Origin: Dipteris shenzhenensis
Lineage: Eukaryota
Reading direction: 5' to 3' (one strand)
NCBI GenBank assembly: GCA_047967505.1
Contig: CM106538.1
Length of the DNA: 64,000 bases
The first letter of the stretch is position 1; each line of letters opens with the position of its first letter. The translations under genes were made by a program, and so were the position numbers. Positions 26,001-37,803 of this stretch are shown in pieces. The notes beneath the pieces were generated by a model. That model did no database searches and was not told where the DNA came from. It saw nothing but the letters and a program-made list of their open reading frames with translations.

Positions 26001-27334
26001 CTTTCTTCTTTCCTTTTGCTATCAAGCGACCATTATTTTTCATATCCTCAACAAAACATCCATGAGGATTGAATCTGACTTGCAAGCCCTGTTCAACCAT
26101 CTGATCAACAGAAACCAGGTTCTTGGTGATGTTCGGGACATGAAATACATCAGACAAGTATTTCTTTTTCCCATCCTGCATAGATAAAGGAATTTTGCCA
26201 ATCTGCACAATAGGATGTGCAGTATCATCACCAGTCTCCACAAATCCTGGTTTTTCCATTTTCCTTGCATCCTGCATCCATTCAGCATGACCTGTCATGT
26301 GGTTTGACGCACCTGAGTCAACATACCACACATCATTGATTTCTTCTGCACTTGTCACAGAATTTGTCATATGCTGCACCATAAACAAATGCGCATTTTT
26401 GTCATCACCCTGTCTACTAGAGGATGCATAATTGCCTTGCTGCAATTTTCCATTCATAATGTCATTTTGCTTTTTATAGCAGTCCTTAGCCATATGACCC
26501 ATTTCGCCACAATAGTAGCATTCAACATTGCTGTTTGCATTTTGGCCTCTCTGCCATCCACCACGGCCTCTTTGGCTCCCCCTGCCTCTAGAGTTACCAC
26601 GTCCTCCTACATAGGACTGGTTTTCTTGCGTTTGCTGCATATTTTGATTTCTACCACGGCCTGCAGATCGGCCTCCTTTACCTCTGCCAGCATTTGAGTA
26701 GAAGACAGTTTCTTTTGAAGTTCCTGTTGAAGAAGATGCACCCCCATTTCTCTGCTCTTCAGAAATTAGAAGAGCAATCAACTCCTCAAAATCAGGAAAT
26801 TTTTCACGGACGGCAATGGATGTCCGGAACTGTGCATAATCCTTTCCTAGACCATTCAAGGTCACAGAAACTAAATCGTCATCATCCACTGGCGACCCAA
26901 TGGAAGCAAGTGCATCTGCAATTTTCTTCACCTTCATGTGGTAGTCATTGATGCTCATATTTTCTCTCTACACATTGTGCAGCTCCTGCTTGAGTTGCAT
27001 TTTCTTGGCCTGCGTATTTGTGCTGTACATTTTAGCCAAAGTATCCCATGCCACCTTTGGCGTACTTGCATCCTCAATATGCACAATCATTGAATCTGAA
27101 ATACTGATAGACAGCCAGTACATAACTTTCCTGGCTCTCTCATGCCATCCTTTGAATGCCTGCATTTCCTGTTGATTGGGAACATTAGGAAGAACAGGTT
27201 CTTCTTCATTTCCTGTAATGAACTCCCAATAAGCCTTTTCCCATCAAGAAATTCGTCATTCTAAACTTCCATGCCTGGAAGTTGTTCTTGTCAAGCTTTT
27301 CAGTGACAATTTGTGAAAGAGAATCAGATGCCAT
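22982..27334 (-). mobile_element. Ty1/copia gag-pol, nearly complete with a few stops and frameshifts; 5' LTR and PBS missing
   Basis: MASDSLSQIVTEKLDKNNFQAWKFRM start; CYYCGEMGHMAKDC; WYVDSGASNHM; IWHKRIGH; integrase HSDVW, RSDGGGEY, NGIAERKNR; RT QMDVKNAFL, YVDD; RNase H YTDADW, TKHIEVHYH. Confidence 0.95.
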
Positions 27335-28411
27335 TACAGAACACTGCAAAATATTATGTCACTGCAAAAAACACAGCTTTTGCCTCACACGGGCAGATCT
27401 GCAAAGCTGACGAAAGTGGTATTTCACCACACTGTCACTTCCTAGTGACGATTTTGCATCAACAGGCAACAAGCATGAATCTGCAACTCCCAATATCTCT
27501 GCACACAGGCATAGGATGCAATTTTTGCGGCAACTTTTCACCGACTAGCCGAGCAGTGGTCGCACAGCAAAAATAGGGCCTTTTTCTGAGTGCCTGCGGA
27601 GAACTTCCGCCTCCAAAACGGGCCCCGAAATGAAATTCCATGGCCCCATGATATTGTAATCACCATGATGTAATGACAATATTCAATGATGGTTTGATTG
27701 TCTATTGCTTCCAAACTTTCAGAATCACCACCTCTACCTTGAAAATTACTTATAAAGGCCTTTTTTGTATTGATTTCTTTCCCTTAATCTCCCATAATGA
27801 TCCTTGTTACCCATAGATGCAATGACACAACTCTAAGAAGCTTATCTATAAATGCCTTTATTATATTGTTTTCTCTCCCTTAATCTCCCATGGTAGTCCT
27901 TGTTACCCACAGATGTAATGAAACAACTCTAAATAATGACTAAGAATGAAATGCAAGATTGCCAAGAGATCTATTTCCCTTGACTAGTGTGCAAAGCAAT
28001 TTCCAAGGAAATTATGCCTTGCACTTTGTACTTTGAAGGTAGTTAACAACATCAGACACTCTTGAGGCCTCTGTCATCCCTGTCTTGTACTTTGTGCTTG
28101 GACCTCAAGTATGCATAGTTGTATATAGGCAATAGGTTCATGACATAAAAAATGACTCAAAAGTTTGACTCCATGATAGTCAAGGCAAGTTAAAAGATAG
28201 ATGGAATGGAAGCTAGACATAGTAGATGGAGCTAATTGATGGCAATGATGTAGCATTCAAGATATGCAGCTTAATCATTCAAACTTCTATACTCCAACCT
28301 TCCATTCCATATATCCAAGATAGATGTAATGGAAGGTAGAGATAGTACATGGAGCTAGTTGAGGACGATGATGTAGTGTTCAACATATGATTAAGTTTCA
28401 TATCAATAGGG

Positions 28412-29193
28412 AGATAATCAAGTTTCATATCAATCAATAGAGTTACAACACTAAATGATTATTATTTATGATTCTAATTATCATCAACATGAAGTGTAGT
28501 AATGCATCAAAACAATCCATCATGAACTTTGCTTCCTAAAGGTATTATTTTCATCACAACTTGCACTAATTAGGCCCTATTTTGTGACCCGAAAAATATA
28601 TTGGTCAATTAAAAAATCTCACATGACAATCATAAAAGCTTCCATATAGCTCCAATAGAGTTTGGCCCTATCTCTCTCACACCTAATTGTTATTTTTTTT
28701 AAAGCTTCTCTTCATAGCTTTTCCTATTCTCAGTTTTGTATAATGTGCATAGATTTCTTGAATGCAAGTTGAAGAAGAGGATTGTTGAGTTGTTTGGGTT
28801 CAATGTGTGGTTCAATGAGGATAACTAAAAAATTGCTACCAAACTTTCCATTCTTACAAGTAATCAATTATAGATGCAAATGCTGCAATATAGAAGCTAG
28901 ACATAGTAGATGGAGCTAGTTGATGGCGATGATGTAGTGTTCAAACTCTATTGGAGCTATATGGAAGCTTTTATGATTGTCATGTGAGATTTTCTAATTG
29001 ACCAATATATTTTTTGGGTCACAAAATAGGGCCTAATTAGTGCAAGTTGTGATGAAAATAATACCTTTAGAAGCAAAGTTCATGATGGATTGTTTTGATG
29101 CATTACTACACTTCATGTTGATGATAATTTAAATCATAAATAATAATCATCTAGTGTTTTAACTCTCTTGATTGATATGAAACTTGATTATCT
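28412..29193. repeat. Long inverted repeat (arms ~28412-28664 and ~28942-29193)
   Basis: Arms of ~250 bp are reverse complements with few mismatches, e.g. ...CCATATAGCTCCAATAGAGTTTG versus CAAACTCTATTGGAGCTATATGG... Confidence 0.9.
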
Positions 29194-29199
29194 ACAAGA

Positions 29200-32100
29200 G
29201 TACTTCAAGAAATTTGTTGTTGCAATAACCGAGCAGCCAAGCACTTCTTTATGGCATTGCAGGTTGGGGCACATGAGCCAGAATGGAATGAAACTCTTAT
29301 GCCATTTGGGTTATGTACCGCATTTGAGTTTCTCTAATTTTGAATTTTGTGAGCACTGTCTCTATGGGAAGCAGACTAAATCAGCCCATAAAAGAAGGGG
29401 AAAGAAAGAGTTTGAAAAGCTTGATTTGGTGCATTCAGATGTATGTGGTCCCATGCCTACACGATCATTAGGCAGGGCTGAATACTATGTGACATTCATT
29501 GATGATGCAACTAGAAAAGTGTGGGCTTATGCTATAGCTCAGAAGAGTGATGTGTTCTAGGTATTTCAGAAATGGCTGGCCTTGGTTGAGAATCAGTCTG
29601 GTAGAACGCTTAAATGCCTATGGACTGACAATGGTGGAGAGTATCTCTCTCATGACTTTCAGCATTTCTGTGATACACGTGGGATTAAGAGGGAGCTCAC
29701 ATCCCCTCATACTCCAGAGCAAAATCCAGTTGCAGAAAAGATGAACCGTACCATTCAAGAAAGGTTGCAATGCATGCTTTCCAATGCAAGTTTTTCTGGT
29801 GGTTTTTGGGCTAAGGCAATGAAAATTGCAGTGCATGTGATCAATAGATCACCTAGTAAGAGTTTGGATGGTGGTATTCCTGAAGAGGCATGGAGTGGCA
29901 AGAAGCCCTCTTACTCTCACTTGCATATATTTGGGTGCGAGGCATATGCACATGTGCCAAAAGAGCTTCGAAAGAAGCTAGATCCTAAGTCTAGGAAATG
30001 CATCTTTCTGGGTTATGGTGAAAGTGGAGAGATGGGCTATCATCTCTGGGATCCAGAAGCAAAGAAGATCATACGTAGCCATGATGTGGTCTTCAATGAG
30101 AAGAAGATGCATAAGGCACCCATGAGGGATGTGGAAATGAGGAGAATCACTTTCCAGGATGTGAATCCACCTGCATATGTTGATAGACAGCAGGCTGTCC
30201 ATGCACCAAATGTGCAAGAAATGGTACCACCAAGTACTCCCAGAGGTATACAATCAAGGGTAGATGATGGATCATCTATTGGTGGAAATGATGAGCCAAA
30301 TGTGGCTGATATGCAGGTGGGACAGCAAGCTAAAATGCCCTTGAGAAGATCTTCTAGAGTGTCTAGACCACCTGATAAGTTTACTCTAGGGGTAGACTAT
30401 GTGATGCTTACTGATTGCGGGGAGCCTTCTTGCTACAGAGAGGCTATGATGCACAAGGATCAATGCAAGTGGGAGTATGCTATGCAATTAGAGATGAATT
30501 CACTTATGAAGAATAAGACTTGGGACTGGTTTCTGTGCCACATGGAAAGAAGCATTGCCATGTAAATGGGTCTACAAAATGAAGGTCACAGGTGATGATG
30601 TGCCTAGGGACAAGGCCCGTTTGGTTGCTAAAGGGTTCAAGCAAGAGAAGGGTGTGGACTTTGATGAGATATTCTCTCTAGTTGTGAAGATGACCACACT
30701 TAGATGCATGCTTGGACTAGTGGCAGTAGAGGATATGGAGCTTATGCAGATGGATGTCAAGACAGCTTTCTTGCATGGGGATTTGCATGAGGAAATTTAC
30801 ATGGTGTAGCCAGAAGGCTTTGAAGTGTATCAGCATGCAAAACAATTTGATTAAACTGAAAATTGTTCCTGGCAATCCAAATATACCATAATGCATGTGC
30901 TCTAATGGGAGCCTAGGCTCCTGTTTTGTCTTTGAAGAGTCCCATAGAAGAATATATTTCCAATTAATGAGCTCTCATGTTTCAAATTGAACTATTTTCC
31001 ATACTTTTCTAGCAATGGGACAGGCAACACAGAGGTGGAAGACATCTTCCTTTGTAGAAGGGCATCTCATACATTTATCATTTCTCTTCTCAATTCTAAA
31101 TCCTCTGTTGTTAGTCCATACAGCTTTGTGTAAAAATAAACCAAAGCAAAGCAGACATTTTGTCAAAGATTGAACTTGACCACATGTAGCAGAATCTGAA
31201 TTTCCATGTCTCTGGAGTCATGAAGATTCGACTCTGAAAAGATTCCCTATGTCTTTGGCTAGTAGGCTAGGTATAGGGAAGAAGGAAGAACTCTCAACCC
31301 AACTGAACTATCTGATGTAGACCAAAAAAGTTTCCCCTTTCCATTGTTGCTTAACCTCCCAGAGGAGCACTCTGTTCATGATCAAAGTTTGGTTCTAGTT
31401 GTTTAATCTAAATTCCCTCTTGATTTCAATCAAGGTTTTCCACCTGAAATCAACTCTGTTCCAAATCTGACCCCAAGACTGCACTCCTTTCTTAAAGAGT
31501 TCAGCAGCCATAGCAAACTCTTCATCAGATAGGGGAGGTTTCTTAAAGATAGTAGAGGACCAAATGGAGTCTAATGCCATAAAAGCCCCTTTTCTAGAGA
31601 AAACAATTTGAGTTTTAATTCCTTCAAAGGCTATCCATAAAGATTGCCATAGTTGACTGCCTTTGGCTTTGCACGGTTTAGGGCTACACATGGTTGACAG
31701 CATGGGATAGTTCTTCCATTTGGGAGCTCTCAAAGGTCTTAAAGAGCTTACATTCCTAAGAAGGAGTTGAGCCCAGTCCTCTTGAGGATGGAGGATTTCT
31801 TTGATTATCCAAGTTTAGGATAATTTCAGGGAGGCCTGCTCTATATCCACAACATCTAAACCTCCTTCATGCTTGGTTTTAATGCAAAAATCCCATCTGA
31901 CTTTTGCAATCTTGCATCCCCACAGAAAATGCCTACAAATTCTAATGAACCTATCCAGAACTATTCTAGAAGGGGACCAAGAAGTGAGGGAAACAATAAC
32001 AGGTCCCATGTGGCTCTTTGTTCCACTAGGAGGTCTAGGTACCATTCTGAGGCTTCATCGGTTATGGCCATGGGGAACCAGGAGACCTTGGTTTCAATGG

Positions 32101-35100
32101 ATTGATCTAGACCAGCTCGGCGTGTGGCATTAAAATGCTGGAGGAATCAGGTTGTATCGCCCCTACCATTGTATTTGGGAAGTTCAAGTTTGCCCAGGGG
32201 GCACCTACCTTGATTGTTATTGTTGCGGTCAAAATTGTTGCGAGGGTTAAAGAAATAACACTCTCTTGCCATAGCAAAAGGAGATAAGGTCCAACAGTGG
32301 GCCAAAACCTTTTGTAAAATTCAATAGGCAGTCCATCCTCTCTTGGTGTTTTGCCATCTGCCATTACCTTGACAGCTTCATACAATTCATCAAACAAAAG
32401 ATACTTGTCTAAGTATTTATTGTCAAAGTTGGCCACAGTGTTGTTTCTAGCAAGTTTAAAAAGTTCTTTGGCATTACTCACCTCAGGATCAACTTGAATA
32501 GTGGAGGAAAGTAGGCTCTAGAAGTGGAGATGAATGAGATCTATGTTTTCATCTAGAGAGGAGACAAGAGAGTTGTCAGATTTCCTAAGGAGGGGGATCT
32601 CTTCATTAGATCTTTTTCTTCTAATAAGTTTAAAGTATTCCTTAATAGGTCTCTCAGCTTTGCCAGCCCACCAATCTCTGAAGTATACTTTAGTATCATT
32701 GAGTATAATCTTCTCTTCTTTCCTGAGTTCCTTCATTTTCCCAACCAAATCTGCTTGAGCAAGTATGTCTCCCTCCTTGGCTAAGTATTCCAGAGAAACT
32801 ATCTTGTCTTATGCAATTTCCATTCTGTTGGCCCTTATTTTAGCCCTTTCCTTTCTTGCTTTTCTAAGTAGTCTTTGGGTTTGATCAACAACTGCACACC
32901 AGGAATCTCTGACTAATTTTATCTCAGAGAAGGCCATTAGCCAGATAGCTTTTATTTCCTCTTGGACACTTTTGATGTCAAAAAGTTTAGGGTCAGCCTT
33001 GAACTAGGAAGTGGACTTTTTTCCTAGTCCAAAGTCACATTTAAGGAGAAATGGTTTGTGGTTAGAGAGAAAAAGAGAGGATAGGGCTTGAGTCTAAAGG
33101 AAACTAGTAAGTCTTACTAGCTCTTATGAGGCATAGACCCTATCTAATCTGGACTCTCTTCTGTTAACCCCAACTTGGCTATTGGACCAAGTAAAGGAAC
33201 ATTTCATTCCCAAGTCAACAAGGCATAGTTCCTCTTTCAGATTCTTCCAAATAGAAAGTTCACTACCTCTTATTACTATTCCTTTTTCAAGCCATCTGTC
33301 ATAGGAGTTTTCAACCATATTGAAGTCCCCACCCACAAAGCATTTATTGCCTACATGAAGTAGAGAGTCCCAACTGATCTTCCTGTCCTGAACACTATTT
33401 GGGACATACACTGAAATTATAGAAAAAGTCTAACCCTATAAGGAGCACTTGAGGGATATCCATATATGTAAAGCATCTATTTCCACACTTGAAATTCCAT
33501 GGGTGTCGTTAGAGAGTATCCCAACTGCCACTCCACCCTTTCCTTCCTCATGTTGAGTGAAGAACCAATTCCTTCTCTTATCAACACATTTGAGTCGAAT
33601 TTCAAGAGAAGCACCTGAGACTTTGACCTCTTATAATGTAAAAAAAGTGGGAGAAAGGTTGTTGGCTCTAAGCCAATAAGCTATCTCTTCCCCTCTATCA
33701 GAGTCAGTAAGGCCTCTGACATTGAGGGAGAGTGGATATTGGTTTATTTACCATTATTTCTATTCCCCTTTCTAGCCCTGGGGTTCGGGCTATTGACTTG
33801 AGAGGAAACCCCTTTACATTGGGAGAGCTTTCTCTTACCTTGCACTTGTGTAAATGCCTTTCCTTGTACTAGAAAATCCTTCTCCCCAGTATTGACAAAT
33901 TCTTAGTCTTCTTCTAGATCCTCCTTACTAAGCCTGGAAGAGGTCATCTCATCATCTCTATTAATGTCTTCTTCAAAGTCCTTTGACCATCTTGGCTCTG
34001 CCTGTGCATCTAAGTCCATGTTCTGATTTTGCTTTATTCACTCTTCAGCCTCATAGTCAGCCAAGGCATCAAAGGCATTATTCAGTAGTAGAGAATCATC
34101 CACTTTCACTTTGCCTTTGTCAAGAGAGGGCTTGGTTTTAGGAGCACCTTCATTCAGAGGAAGGGTTTTCTCGGTATTGGTGATAGGAGCCTTGGGAATC
34201 CATCTCTCAATCTATTTAAAGTTATTGAGAGCAGGAGGATCCTTGGGTTTAGCTTTAGCTCTCCTTTGAGGACAATTTTTAACTGCATGGCTTGCCAGCC
34301 CACAAAGGAAGCAAGAGTTTGGTAGGTTCTTGTACAAGAGGGGCTGTTCTGTGTATAAACTGCCATTTCTGTTCACCATGACCAGAGTGCTAGGGACATC
34401 CTCTACTATGTCCATTTTAATACACACCTGAGGATTAGCTCTAGGGTTTATAAAATTTTCCTTCTCCACTCCCACTACCTCACCCAGACCACTACAAAGG
34501 GAGGCCAATTGGTTGCAGAGGGATAGAGGAAGATCTGATAGTTCTACCCACATAGGGGTAATGGTGGATCTAAGTAAATCAGGGCTGAAGTTGTGGCTCC
34601 TCCTTTTTAAGTAGAGGGGTTGGTGTCTAATAGTCCAAAGAGTATAGTTGAGGGCATTGGAGGCCACACTAGGGGTTTCAAAAAGGAAGACAAAGAAACC
34701 TTTCCTAAAAAACCTCACATTGCTCACAATAATGCCCTTTCTCACCCAGTTAGTCCTAACCCAGTTTTCAACAAAGGATAAGGGGGGCCTAGGGCCAGGA
34801 AGGAAACCTATGAGTGCATGGGTGCTTATCTAGTCTATAGAATCAGAGAGAAGATCTTCATTGACAACTGTTGTAACTTACTTACCTCCTATAGTGCCTT
34901 GATTCTCACCCAGAGTCTTACTTCCTCCTGATGGGATGCTGTCGACTGGCGTCTCTGCTACTTTCTCTTCTATCTTCCTGTGATACTTCCTTGCATCCTC
35001 TTCATCATCACTTCCTTCTCCAATTCTAGATGGGAGGTTGACAGCTGTGATTGGCCCGTCCTTGGCACCTCTGTTCCGAGCTCCTCTACCATCATCAGTT

Positions 35101-36075
35101 CTACCTTCACCTCTATCATCTCGATCTTTTGGTCTTGTCATTGGAGTTCTCCATGCAGAGTTGTACTAGCGCTGGCTCTTCGATTTAATCCTCATCCCAT
35201 GCTGACTTTCCTCTAGAGCTGGCTAAGTGAGAAGGAGAATCCTTTCTCATGGGAAGGGAGAAAAATCCTCCTCTAAGTTTTTGCATTGTTGCCACATAAG
35301 ATACCGTGGCCCCTCCCCTTCGCATGTGGAAATTTACATGGTACAGCTGGAAGGCTTTGAAAAAAAGGGCAAAGAGAATTTGGTTTGCAAGCTGAAAAAG
35401 AGGCCTTAAGCAAGCACCTAGAGAATGGTATCAAAAGTTTGATGCTTTCATTCGGTCCCAAGTTTTTAGAAGAAGTGAGATTGATCACTACCTAAACACT
35501 AAAAGAGCTAAGGATAATACCCTGATACTCATGGCACTTTATGTGGATGATACACTATTGGCTAGCAAGAACACTTATGAGTTGGATGCATTGAAGGCCA
35601 AGTTGCATGAGGCCTTTGACATGAAGGATTTGGGACTTGGAGGTTGACATATTCTTGGCATGCACATCATGCGTGACCAGAGTAGGAAACTCCTTTGGAT
35701 TTCACAAAAGGAGTATGTTACAAAAGTGTTGCAACATTTCAATATGGAGGGGGGGAAGGCAATAGGTACTCCATTGCCTCCATATGTGAAACTGAGTCAG
35801 GCAGATAGTCCCAAATTAGATGAGGAGAGGACCATGATGGCCAAGGTTCCTTATGCATCAGTAGTTGGGGAGTCTTATGTATGCTATGATATCTACTAGA
35901 CTAGACATTGCATTTGTAGTGGGGGTTGTTAGCCGGTATATGGCTAATCCAAGAAAGAGGCATTGGGAGGTAGTTATGAGCATCATGAGGTACAAGAAGG
36001 GTACCAAGGAGATGTGTATCTGCTTTGGCTGAGGAGAGATACGTGTACTTGGTTAAATAGATTCAGACTATGCAA
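29200..36075 (+). mobile_element. Ty1/copia pol (integrase-RT), truncated at both ends and split by a LINE
   Basis: [44 protein letters not shown] up to 30824. RT resumes at 35362 (KQAPREWY, LYVDD, MKDLG, PYASVVG, DSDYA). Confidence 0.9.
30825..35321 (-). mobile_element. L1-clade LINE (ORF1 with zinc knuckle; ORF2 endonuclease and zf-RVT; RT core missing)
   Basis: ORF1: KGFFVFLF, PMWVEL, CFLCGLASHAVKNC. Endonuclease: SLNVRGL, VGGDFN, SRLDRVY. Also DGLPIEFYK, EGGL, CMRC...HLCVAC. Flanked by a 40-bp direct repeat. Confidence 0.9.
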
Positions 36076-36206
36076 GGCATCAATATCCAATCTCCTTGAA
36101 AATTTTAACTTTGATATTTCTGTTAACCTAGGCTTTTCTGCGCTCTTGGATGACTTGTGCAAAATGCTGACTTTCAAGTTGATTTTCTTCCAATTGATTC
36201 AATGAC

Positions 36207-37803
36207 TGTCGTCAAAATTGTGGGGGTTAAATGTCACTGTGCCTTTACCCTGGTTATGTACAATACTCAAACACATATATAAATGAATGAAAAAGAAGAT
36301 TAGGGTGGTTCTGCACCCACCAAAACTTGTGTGGCTCTCTATCTCTCTCTCTCCTTCTTCCGTTCTTGCTTCCGTTGAGAGCACTCTCAACTGGTATCAG
36401 AGCCCGGGTGATCTAACTGAGCGTGCGTGAATGCTTGAAGCTCAGCAGCTCTGTGGGAGGAAGGAGCAGCTCTGTGGGAAGCTTTGTGGGTGACTTTACT
36501 TGCATCCAAGTGTGTAGAGACCTTGGAGGAACCTTTGGAAAAGTCACTTTGGCTTTGCGAAGTGGTTTTGAGAGCCTGTTAAGAGCTTTCAAAGAAAAAG
36601 TCGTTTTTTGAGCTTTTTCCTATTCTGTTCGATGACAGAGACTCCGTATTGACTTGTAGAGGCAACTATTGCTTGCTTTTGGTGTCCACATTACTTCAGG
36701 AGCTTGGAAACACCTTCATTCTTGAATCTGGGATCATTTCAGTGGATTTCTGACTCACTATGTCAGTTCCTGCGTTTTTTGCCCGGGTGTTGGAACTCAA
36801 GTTTGGAGCAACCATTTGCAGATCTGTCAGTTCGGTGGACTCAGAAGGTCCTAAAACTTCTATGTTGCTCATCATTCGCACTCCGGTGGAGTTTACAAAT
36901 AGCTCTGTTTCAAAAAACGTTTTTCAGCCCGTGTGTTGGACCCAGTGATTGAGACCACGGTTTCCAAAACCGTCTGTCCCATTGCGTTCCGGACGCCCAA
37001 AAACCCCTACCAATCAGTTCTTGCATGATTCGGTGGAGGATTTTTAGAGTTATAAATCTCTGTGTATTCGATTTCGTCTCTCTGTTATGCATTTTTCATA
37101 CTAAGGTTTTAAAACCTTAGATTTATGCCACATGGCAGTGGATAAGTGTTGACTCCCATTTCTCACTCATCGGTTGGGATTTTGGAGTTCTGGCAGAAGA
37201 GAGATATTTGCAGATTTTCTTGCTGATTCCGATTATGCAATGGCACCCATGTTTTGAGGCATCTCAGGTTCTATTTTCAGTAGCGCTCATTACCGTGGGA
37301 CTATGATTTCTTGAGCATACCTTATGCAGATCACTCTGGTTGCAGTGTTTGAGCAGTGTGCGCTCATTCGTGGTGTGCATTGGGTTGCAATGGATGATTT
37401 ATAGGCCATTTGGATGCATTGCGGTCCTTATTGGATGCGCTGATAGGCCCAAATTGCCTTGTGGGATGCTATTTTTTATGGACGCTTTGCACATGGATGC
37501 TATTTTATGCTGAGGGACAGCTTTGACACATTGTTGGTGATGCACTGATAGTGCTATGCTCTCTTGGATGAGATATAATTGATGCATATGCCAGTGGACG
37601 GTGTTTATGCTTGAGTCATTTGGCACTTATTGGCATTTTCTTTTGGGCTAGATTTGCTCATATGGATGCATAGTATATGCACATGAGTCAGATGCATCTT
37701 TTGATGCTTTGAGCTTTGAGTTTTTTGTGATATTTTAGTCTATTGTGGCTCTCTATCTCTCTCTCTCCTTATTCCGTTCTTGCTTCCGTTGAGAGCACTC
37801 TCA
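36207..37803 (+). mobile_element. LTR retrotransposon fragment: LTR end, PBS, leader and a partial second LTR
   Basis: ...GAGCACTCTCA AC TGGTATCAGAGC (PBS 36392-36403). The last 60 bp of the LTR recur at 37744-37803. The left boundary is uncertain. Confidence 0.7.
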
